A DNA stretch of 32,000 nucleotides, taken from contig NZ_DATINC010000185.1 of assembly GCF_035474675.1 (NCBI RefSeq), forward strand, positions 22,456 to 54,455. The letters are read 5' to 3'. Below the pieces are notes generated by a model, which was not told the origin of the DNA, searched no databases, and saw only the letters and a list, made by a program, of their open reading frames with translations. The translations under genes were made by a program, and so were the position numbers. This document shows positions 24,101 through 30,972 of the stretch, piece after piece. Origin of the DNA: Jatrophihabitans sp. Its GTDB lineage: Bacteria; Actinomycetota; Actinomycetes; Mycobacteriales; Jatrophihabitantaceae. Numbering within the stretch: the first letter of the stretch is position 1; each line of letters begins with the position of its first letter.

Positions 24101-24846
24101 CCGCCGACTGGACCGCGGCGGTTACCCGGGCCGGCGCGGTCTTCGGGTGGACCGGGAACAGCAACCTCACCGCCTCGGCTGTCGGCGAGCTGTTCGAGTC
24201 CGTCTCGAAGACAGCATCAGAACTCGCGGCTGCGGCCAGCGACCTCGAGACGCAGCTGACGAGCGCCGCCGCCTCTCTCGCTGTGCCACCGGGAAGTGGT
24301 GCCCGCTTCGCCACCGCGGCTGCGGCGAAGCGGTTCGTCGACACGTTGCGCGCGACGCGGGACAAGGTCGCTTTCATCGAGCGGATCGCGCGGACCTCGT
24401 TCCCGTCACCGGACCAGGCGGTCGCCCGCTCGCTGAGATCAGCGAACGAGGTTGCCGAGGCGCTTCGGGGGTTCACCTGGAATCGACTCAGGCCGCTGCT
24501 CGCCGCCGAGCATGGGGTTGACCCGCGCAGCGTGCAGGCCAAGGCGATCCTCGACCGGGTGCGTGCGGCATTCGGCCACGACGAACTGACCGAGGCGCTC
24601 GCTCCCGCCCTGACGCGCGCGGGGAACGAAGCCTGGGACTTCGTCACCGCCGCTGCTGCACCCGCTCCGACCCCGCCCGGAACGAGTACTCCAGCACCGC
24701 CGACGCCCGCTGCGCCGACAACTGCGGCACAGGGAAGCCGGACGATCCGCTCCGCCACGGAGTTGCAGGCCGCACTCGATGAACTCACCGCCTTCGGGGC
24801 AGCGAACAGCAACCGCACCATCACCGTCGAGTGGCGGGCGGAGTGA
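21124..24846 (+). CDS. pglY: BREX type 2 P-loop ATPase PglY
   Basis: ORF 21031..24846 trimmed to the ATG at 21124, which overlaps the pglX TGA. Walker A GSFGSGKS (21340-21363) and a Walker B-like VVQFLDE. 1240 aa. The position between pglX and pglZ fits PglY. A Pro/Thr-rich linker precedes a ~45-aa C-terminal tail. Confidence 0.85.
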   Translation: MTNLLRNLIDIPERAGANDYVLKLADGVAPGTIEATIDQYVLTDDLVSAFDQALHQVSAALVDGKSRGAFLEGSFGSGKSHFMAVLYALLGHVPAARAKPELAEVIARYDDKISGKKILRLAYHFLGARTMEEVLLGGYVQQIRELHPDCVLPAVHRSDALFDDADRLRSTMGDEAFFARLNEGGARSSDVWAAVLGGSWDPASYDSARSATVAENSRTRLVSDLVRVYFSAFTRSEDYVSLEEGLAVVTAHARSLGYDAVVQFLDELVLWLAFAVRDNEFFARESQKLTKLVEFGGEARALPLVSFVARQMDLRRYFAEQGGAGAQLEAVDSALQHQNERFAHIVLGDDNLQFVAEKRLLKPRDASSKAVIDVAFEALDRRPAVWDVLLDGISVDGTHRGSDKEGFRRTYPFSPALVSTLRALASAMQRDRTALKVMQKLLVDGRESLTVDSVIPVGDVYAQVVDGQNAVTPEMGARISNAKKLYDTKLRPILLRQNNLHEDDVAGLPANHPFIADERLAKTLVLSAVATNVPALQDLTAGRLAALNHGSIVAPIPGQEVSAVLAKIRRWHVDVPEIHIGEGNDPVIRLQISEVAYETIIQRARIEDNVGRRRDTLKQLVYSAFGFEDVSPDAFGVQRQSRVWRGSRREIEVLFGNVRDPAWLTDQSFRAGPDTWRFVVDYPFDEDGRGPVDDLRRVEALRSSGFSSTTVAWLPHFLTPQLQNELGELVILDWVLASDQRYGQYADHLAEADRPQAKLLLTNRQSALHDRLTRAVQEAYGAAARTPGTIEVDPAHTDVIFSLDASFAPAPPVGTDLAAAFTNLLDQAFIALFPAHPDFQPSNEPVRPTEIATVLDALEQAHQDPSGRVPVEPGKRDVVRRVVDPLKIANMGQTHLSFDAARFWWAGRFSIAMGVAGLAADEPVTVDQLRGWITAEQPAWGLRPEIADLVIRAWAVLQDRAWYRHGTNLPAPVPGTPQFAGDIELRPEPLPATADWTAAVTRAGAVFGWTGNSNLTASAVGELFESVSKTASELAAAASDLETQLTSAAASLAVPPGSGARFATAAAAKRFVDTLRATRDKVAFIERIARTSFPSPDQAVARSLRSANEVAEALRGFTWNRLRPLLAAEHGVDPRSVQAKAILDRVRAAFGHDELTEALAPALTRAGNEAWDFVTAAAAPAPTPPGTSTPAPPTPAAPTTAAQGSRTIRSATELQAALDELTAFGAANSNRTITVEWRAE

Positions 24847-27587
24847 CGACTCCGGTCTCGGCGGCAGTGATCCGCGATCTCCTGAACCGGGACGGTGCCG
24901 CCGCACCCACGGACGGGGGCGTACTCGGGATTCGAGCCCGGCCGGAATGGTCGGGAGCGCCGATCACCTTCGCGGGAAAGCCTGTCACCGTCGTCGCGTG
25001 CGCTTCGTCGCTTGCCGTGCGAGAGGTCCTGCTGTCACGCTCCCCCGGTGAATGGCTCGTCGTCCTCACCGACCGCGACGACGACGACCTCGGCACGGGC
25101 ATCACCGCCCATTTCGTGGGACGGCGGTTGCGCAGCCCGGACCCGTGGGAAGCCGTCAAGCACGGCTTCGAGGCAACCGCGATCGACAGTGCACTCGCCC
25201 GTGCCGAGAACCGCACAGAGCTGGCGAACGCGCTCTTGAACGCCACCCCGAGCAGCGGATGGCCGGCCGCCCGCAGCGGGACGCTCACCTACGACCACGC
25301 CATGCGATCCGTCGCCGCCGCGCACCTCGGCCTGGAGGCCACGTCGATCGACCTCGAGCGAGTCCTGGAGTGGACGACATCGGCGAGCCTGGCACGGTCG
25401 TTGGCCAATCTCACCTCCCTCGCCGGACAACAGCTTGCCGGATCGGTCGTCCGCTGGATCGCGGGCCAGGCCGGTGACCTGGCCGGCGTACTCGGCGCTC
25501 TGGTGCTGGCCGGTCGCGCCGAGGACGTCCTGCCACTCGGGTTGGTCGCGCGGGCCGTGAGTGCCACGGTGAGCGACTCGGGTCCGCAAGCGCTCTTCCG
25601 ACGGAGTGCATCGCTTTCCGCGGACAGGGGACCGGTAGCGCTGGGCGCGTGGGCGGATGCCGCCGAATCGGTCGTGAAGCGCTGGCTCGCCCAGGGCAAC
25701 CCCGCGCCCGAGACGCTGGTCCGGGTGCTGAACCGTGTCGACCGGCTGCTCGCCGACGTCGAGGCAGCGGACTACGCCGGTTCCTCCGACGTCATGCGCA
25801 GTGGGCTGACCCAACGACTCGCATCACTGGGTGACGCCCTGGCGCAGGCCGGATCACGTGCCGCCGGGCGGGTTGCGGCCGGCGCGCTCGGGGAAGCGCT
25901 CGTCCAGTCCGACGAGCGGAAAGCGGTCGAGGCAGCCTGGGAGCGCGTCACCGCTCATGCCCTCGCTCGGCGTGACGGCGAAGTGCGGGTCGTCCGGTCG
26001 CAGGCGGCGGTGCAGCTCGTGCGGTGGCTGGCGTTGGCATCGGCCGAACCGGCGGACCTCGGCTCGGCGATCGAGCAGTACTGGACCACCACGAGCTGGG
26101 TCGACCGCGCCGCGGCTGACGCATGGAACGGCGTCGACGACGAAGAGCTGGCCCGGGGCCTTCGCGGAGTGCTGGAAGCGGTGCGTGCACGGCGCGCCGC
26201 CTTCGACGGCCGGTTCGCCCAACTGCTGGCGGCACATGAGCGGATCGGTGCTGCCGCACCGGCCGGAGCGGTCAACGCAGAGGACCTGCTCCGCAGGTAC
26301 GTCCTGCCGATTGCCGCACAGCTTCCCGTGCTGTTCGTCCTCGCTGACGGGATGAACTGCGCCGTCGCCAGCGAAGTCATGGACGACATCGGCCGCCAGC
26401 TCGACGCGTGGGTCGAATGTGTCCCCGCAGGCCGGACGACACGGCTCGCAGCTATCGCCAGCTACCCGACGCTGACCCGGGTTGCGCGACCGAGCCTGTT
26501 CTGCGGGGAACTGGCGACCGGTGAGCAGGCCGTCGAACAGGCAGGCTTCGCCAAGCTGCTGCAGTCGGTCGGCTTGACCGGTGCGCTGTTCCACAAGCTG
26601 GGTCTGGACAGCAGCGAACCCGGCTTCTCCTCGGCGCACGACGTCCGCGCGGCGATCGACAACCCGAACACGGGCGTGGTTGCGTGCGTGCTCAACACCA
26701 TCGACGACGCACTCGATCGTTCAGACCCGGGTGGCACCGAGTGGGGTGCCGAGTCGGTGAAGCACCTGCGGCCGCTGCTCGAGCGCGCCTACCGGGCCGG
26801 ACGGGTCGTCGTGCTGGCATCGGACCACGGCCACATCGTCGAGCGCCGGGCCGGCCGCATGCTGACCGTCGAAGCGGCGTCGAGCAACCGATCGCACGCC
26901 TACACCGGCACCGTGCAACCCGGCGAAATCCGCCTCACCGGCCGTCGCGTGCTTGAACACAACGGCGATGCCGTTCTCGCGGTGGAGGACGGGCTGCGCT
27001 ACGGGCCCCTCAAAGCCGGCTACCACGGCGGGGCCGCACCGGCCGAGGTCGTCATCCCGGTCACCCTGCTGACCACCGGCGCAGTACCGGCAGGATGGGA
27101 TCTGGCGCTGCCGCAGGCTCCTGCATGGTGGCGCGGGTCTATCGCGTCTGCCGCTCCGGTGCGGCCCGTCGCCGCCGCGCGGCCGGTGGTGATGCCGAGC
27201 AAGCCATCGGACCCGCCGACCCTGTTCGACACCGAGCCCGAAACGGCGGCACCGCAGCCGCCGGCTTCGTCCGATCCGATCACGCAGCTGTTGTCGTCGC
27301 CCGTCTATGCCGAGCAGCGAAATCGCGCCCGTGGCCAGGCCATGCCCGACGAGAAGGTCGCCCGTCTCGTGCGAGCGCTCCTGACCACCCCTGGCAACCG
27401 GATCGACGCCGAATCGGCGGCTGCCGCGCTACAGGTTCCGGTCATCCAGCTCGCCGGTGCCCTGCCGCGCGTGCAGCGGCTCCTCAACGTCGAGCAGTAC
27501 CCGGTGCTCGACCGGGACGGAACGTCGGTTGTCCTGGACGTCACCCTCCTACGCGAGCAGTTCAGCGTCTTCGGAGAGCTGACATGA
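24843..27587 (+). CDS. pglZ: BREX alkaline-phosphatase-superfamily protein PglZ
   Basis: ORF 24831..27587. The GTG at 24843 (GTGA overlap with the pglY stop) is preferred over the GTG at 24831. Alkaline-phosphatase-fold motifs are LADGMN, SDHGH (26820-26834) and GYHGGAAPAEVVIPV. A Pro-rich linker and a ~100-aa C-terminal module follow. Confidence 0.85.
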   Translation: MTTPVSAAVIRDLLNRDGAAAPTDGGVLGIRARPEWSGAPITFAGKPVTVVACASSLAVREVLLSRSPGEWLVVLTDRDDDDLGTGITAHFVGRRLRSPDPWEAVKHGFEATAIDSALARAENRTELANALLNATPSSGWPAARSGTLTYDHAMRSVAAAHLGLEATSIDLERVLEWTTSASLARSLANLTSLAGQQLAGSVVRWIAGQAGDLAGVLGALVLAGRAEDVLPLGLVARAVSATVSDSGPQALFRRSASLSADRGPVALGAWADAAESVVKRWLAQGNPAPETLVRVLNRVDRLLADVEAADYAGSSDVMRSGLTQRLASLGDALAQAGSRAAGRVAAGALGEALVQSDERKAVEAAWERVTAHALARRDGEVRVVRSQAAVQLVRWLALASAEPADLGSAIEQYWTTTSWVDRAAADAWNGVDDEELARGLRGVLEAVRARRAAFDGRFAQLLAAHERIGAAAPAGAVNAEDLLRRYVLPIAAQLPVLFVLADGMNCAVASEVMDDIGRQLDAWVECVPAGRTTRLAAIASYPTLTRVARPSLFCGELATGEQAVEQAGFAKLLQSVGLTGALFHKLGLDSSEPGFSSAHDVRAAIDNPNTGVVACVLNTIDDALDRSDPGGTEWGAESVKHLRPLLERAYRAGRVVVLASDHGHIVERRAGRMLTVEAASSNRSHAYTGTVQPGEIRLTGRRVLEHNGDAVLAVEDGLRYGPLKAGYHGGAAPAEVVIPVTLLTTGAVPAGWDLALPQAPAWWRGSIASAAPVRPVAAARPVVMPSKPSDPPTLFDTEPETAAPQPPASSDPITQLLSSPVYAEQRNRARGQAMPDEKVARLVRALLTTPGNRIDAESAAAALQVPVIQLAGALPRVQRLLNVEQYPVLDRDGTSVVLDVTLLREQFSVFGELT

Positions 27588-28870
27588 CGAGCCCGGTCAG
27601 CGCCCGGCGGCGTCGCGAGATCATAGATGCCCTGCGCCGCGGGACCGTTCCGCAGAACGGCCTCGATCAGTTCGCGGTCGGCCTCGAGCGCTTCGCCGAT
27701 GCGCTGGCGGCAGAACTTGACCTGCTCCCTGCGGGAGGCGCGGTCTTCAAGGCCGTCCGTGGCGAGTACGGCTCCGGCAAGACCTTCTTCGCCCGGTGGC
27801 TCGGTGAACAGGCCAAGGGCCGGGGCATGGCCGTGGCAGAGGTTCAGATCAGCGAGACGGAGACACCGCTGCACAGGCTGGAGACCGTATACCGCCGGGT
27901 GTGTGAGTCGCTGCAGACCGCGGAGTTTCCTCCCTCGGCGTTCCGGCCGGTGCTCGACGCATGGTTGTTCGGCCTGGAGGATCCCACCTCGAGCGGAGCT
28001 GTCGACGAGATGCTCGAACGTCGACTCTCGTCGGTATCGCGCACGACCCCGGCCTTCGCCACTGCGCTGCGTGCCTACCGGCTGGCATTCCTCGCCGAAA
28101 ACGTCGCCGATGCGGAGGGGCTCGCCGCGTGGCTCGCGGGACAGCCACACGTCGCGGCGTCGGTCCGTCGCGCTGCCGGTGTCCGCGGCGAACTCGACCA
28201 CTTCGGTGCCTTCGGCTTCCTGCAGGGACTGCTCACGGTACTTCGCGACGCCGGGCATCCTGGCCTGCTTCTCGTGCTCGATGAAGTGGAAACGCTGCAA
28301 CGCGTCCGGGGTGACGTGCGCGAGAAGGCACTCAACGCGCTGCGCCAACTGATCGATGAGGTCGATGGCGGGCGTTTTCCCGGATTGTACTTGCTGATCA
28401 CCGGCACCCCGGCGTTCTTCGATGGCATCCAAGGTGTGCAACGGCTCGCACCGCTGGCCGGCCGACTGGCCACCGACTTCACCACCGACGCCCGGTTCGA
28501 CAACCCTCGGGCGGTCCAGATCAGGCTGCCGGGATTCACGTCCGCATCGCTCGTCGAGGTCGGACGCAAGGTGCGGGACCTCTATGCCGCAGGTTCGGAT
28601 GCCGCACCCCGGATCACGACTGTCGTGGACGATGGGTATATCGGCAGCCTTGCCTCTGCGGTGTCCGGAGAACTCGGTGGCCGGGTCGGCGTCGCACCTC
28701 GGCTGTTCCTGAAGAAGCTGGTCGGCGATGTCCTCGACCGGGTGGACCAGTTCCCCGACTTCGACCCCCGCCGCGACTACGCGCTGACCGTCAACGCGTC
28801 CGAGCTGAATGCCGTCGAGACGAATGCGCGCGCCCGCACGAATCCGGACGACATCGCGCTGGACCTCTGA
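27584..28870 (+). CDS. brxD: BREX type 2 ATPase BrxD
   Basis: ORF 27095..28870 trimmed to the ATG at 27584, which overlaps the pglZ TGA. Walker A GEYGSGKT (27761-27784) and Walker B LLLVLDEVE. 428 aa. Its position before the Lhr-like helicase gene is as in type 2 BREX. Confidence 0.85.
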   Translation: MTSPVSARRRREIIDALRRGTVPQNGLDQFAVGLERFADALAAELDLLPAGGAVFKAVRGEYGSGKTFFARWLGEQAKGRGMAVAEVQISETETPLHRLETVYRRVCESLQTAEFPPSAFRPVLDAWLFGLEDPTSSGAVDEMLERRLSSVSRTTPAFATALRAYRLAFLAENVADAEGLAAWLAGQPHVAASVRRAAGVRGELDHFGAFGFLQGLLTVLRDAGHPGLLLVLDEVETLQRVRGDVREKALNALRQLIDEVDGGRFPGLYLLITGTPAFFDGIQGVQRLAPLAGRLATDFTTDARFDNPRAVQIRLPGFTSASLVEVGRKVRDLYAAGSDAAPRITTVVDDGYIGSLASAVSGELGGRVGVAPRLFLKKLVGDVLDRVDQFPDFDPRRDYALTVNASELNAVETNARARTNPDDIALDL

Positions 28871-30972
28871 TGACCGGGCGCGGCGAGGATCTGCTCCACC
28901 CGGTCCTGCTCCACCACATCGTCAACACGCTCGGGTGGCCGTCGCTGCGTCCGTTCCAGGCAGAGGCCGTCGAGCCGGTGCTCAGCGGCGCGGACGTACT
29001 GATGGTGGCGCCGACGGCGGGCGGCAAGACCGAGGCAGCCTCGTTTCCATTGCTGTCGGCCATGGTCACCCGCGACTGGCGCGGGCTGTCAGTGCTGTAC
29101 GTGTGTCCGCTGCGGGCGCTGCTCAACAATCTGCAGCCCCGCCTGTCCGGATACGCCTCGTGGCTCGGGCGCCGTGCGGAGCTGTGGCACGGCGACACCG
29201 GAGACACCGCTCGACGCCGGATCCTGTCGGACCCGCCTGACCTGTTGCTGACCACTCCCGAGTCACTCGAAGCGATGCTCGTATCGACTCGCGTCATACC
29301 CCAGGAGTTGTTCGGAAATCTGCAGGCGATCGTCGTCGACGAACTCCATGCCTTCGCTGGAGACGATCGCGGCTGGCACCTGCTGGCAGTGCTGGAGCGG
29401 TTGCAGCGGTTGGCTCGTCGTCCCATCCAGCGGGTGGGGCTCTCGGCGACGGTCGGCAATCCGGCGGAGTTGCTCTCCTGGCTGCAAGGGAGTGGACGAG
29501 ACACTCGACCCGCCGCCGTCGTACACGCCCGATCCGCTCAATCCCCCCATACTGGCGTGGACGTCGGACTTGACTACGTCGGGTCGACGGAGAACGCGGC
29601 GACCGTGATCGCCGGTCTGCACAGGGGTGAGAAGCGTCTGGCGTTCTGCGAGAGCCGGCGCCAGGTGGAGGAGCTCGCTATCGCCCTTCGTGCGCGCTCC
29701 GTCGAGACCTACGTGTCGCACTCCTCGCTGTCCGTCGACGAGCGGCGGCGGGCTGAGGAGGCGTTCGCCCAGTCGCGGGACTGCGTGATCGTCTCCACTT
29801 CTACGCTCGAACTCGGCATCGACGTCGGCGATCTCGACCGGGTGATCCAGATCGACGCGCCGCGCACCGTCGCATCATTCCTGCAGCGGCTGGGCCGGAC
29901 GGGTCGCCGCGCAGGCAGCACCCGTAACGCCCTGTTCCTGGCAACGCGGACGTCGGGCCTCGTCCACGCGGCAGGCCTGCTGCGGTTGTGGTTGTCAGGG
30001 TGGGTCGAACCGGTCACCCCTCCTCCATCACCCCGTCACCTGATCACGCAACAGGTTCTGGCGCTCTGCCTCCAGGAACACCAGGTCGGAACGAACCTCT
30101 GGCCCGAGTGGTGGAGCGGACTCGGGGCCTGGACCGACGAAGATGCACGCGCGGTAGTCCTGTGGCTGGTCGAGACCGGACACCTCGACGCGGACGATGG
30201 GATGCTCTTCGTCGGACCAGAGGCCGAGCGCCGCTACGGCCGGCGGCACTTTATGGAACTGGTTTCCGTCTTCACCTCCGACCCGGAACTCGTTGTCTTC
30301 GCCGGCAACGACGAGATCGGCAGGATCGATCCGATCGTGCTCCTGAAGAAGGAGGACGGGCCGCGCCACCTCTCCCTCGCCGGGCATGCTTGGCGGGTGA
30401 CGCACATCGACTGGCGCCGTCACCGGTGTTGGGTCGAACGAGCCGACCAGGGCGCGCGGATGCGCTGGACCAGCAGCCCGCAGCCGATGTCCTTTGAGTT
30501 GTGCCGGGCACGACGCGATGTCCTGCTCGGCACTGATCCCGAGGTGTGGCGGTCGCAGCGCGCCGTGGCAGAGTTCGCCGCCATCCGTGCCGATTCCGCC
30601 GGCCGGGTCCGGCACGGTGCAACGGCCATCGACAGCGATCGGTGGTGGTGGACCTTCGCCGGCGCACGTGCCAACGCCACGCTCGCCGCCGCGCTTCCGG
30701 CCGTGATCGAGGACTCGGCCGGCTTCGACAACGACCGGGTGCGGATCAGGGAGGACTTGCCGGACACGGCACTCGACGCTGCAGTGGCTTCGTTGGATCC
30801 CGCTCGAGAGCCTGTCATCTCGGTGGACCAGAACGCCGTCCGGGAGCTGAAGTTCGCCGAGTCACTGCCGCCTGAGTTCGCGTCGTTGACCCTTGCGGAG
30901 CGGATCATCGATGTAGCCGGGATGCGCGCCGTGGTGGACCAGCCGCGCATCCGGCTCGGCGAGCCGCATTAG
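28870..30972 (+). CDS. brxHI: BREX type 2 Lhr-like DEAD/DEAH helicase BrxHI
   Basis: 700-aa ORF. Q-motif region RPFQAEA, motif I APTAGGKT (29008-29031), motif II DELH (29338-29349), motif III SAT and motif VI QRLGRTGRR. The ATG shares its A with the brxD TGA. Confidence 0.85.
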   Translation: MTGRGEDLLHPVLLHHIVNTLGWPSLRPFQAEAVEPVLSGADVLMVAPTAGGKTEAASFPLLSAMVTRDWRGLSVLYVCPLRALLNNLQPRLSGYASWLGRRAELWHGDTGDTARRRILSDPPDLLLTTPESLEAMLVSTRVIPQELFGNLQAIVVDELHAFAGDDRGWHLLAVLERLQRLARRPIQRVGLSATVGNPAELLSWLQGSGRDTRPAAVVHARSAQSPHTGVDVGLDYVGSTENAATVIAGLHRGEKRLAFCESRRQVEELAIALRARSVETYVSHSSLSVDERRRAEEAFAQSRDCVIVSTSTLELGIDVGDLDRVIQIDAPRTVASFLQRLGRTGRRAGSTRNALFLATRTSGLVHAAGLLRLWLSGWVEPVTPPPSPRHLITQQVLALCLQEHQVGTNLWPEWWSGLGAWTDEDARAVVLWLVETGHLDADDGMLFVGPEAERRYGRRHFMELVSVFTSDPELVVFAGNDEIGRIDPIVLLKKEDGPRHLSLAGHAWRVTHIDWRRHRCWVERADQGARMRWTSSPQPMSFELCRARRDVLLGTDPEVWRSQRAVAEFAAIRADSAGRVRHGATAIDSDRWWWTFAGARANATLAAALPAVIEDSAGFDNDRVRIREDLPDTALDAAVASLDPAREPVISVDQNAVRELKFAESLPPEFASLTLAERIIDVAGMRAVVDQPRIRLGEPH

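Larger units (their letters stand above)
13401..30972 (+). other. Type 2 BREX / Pgl phage-resistance operon (six genes)
   Basis: The gene order pglW-pglX-pglY-pglZ-brxD-brxHI matches the published type 2 BREX definition. All junctions overlap: ATGA at 17582-17585, 21124-21127 and 27584-27587; GTGA at 24843-24846; TGATG at 28868-28872. Confidence 0.9.
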
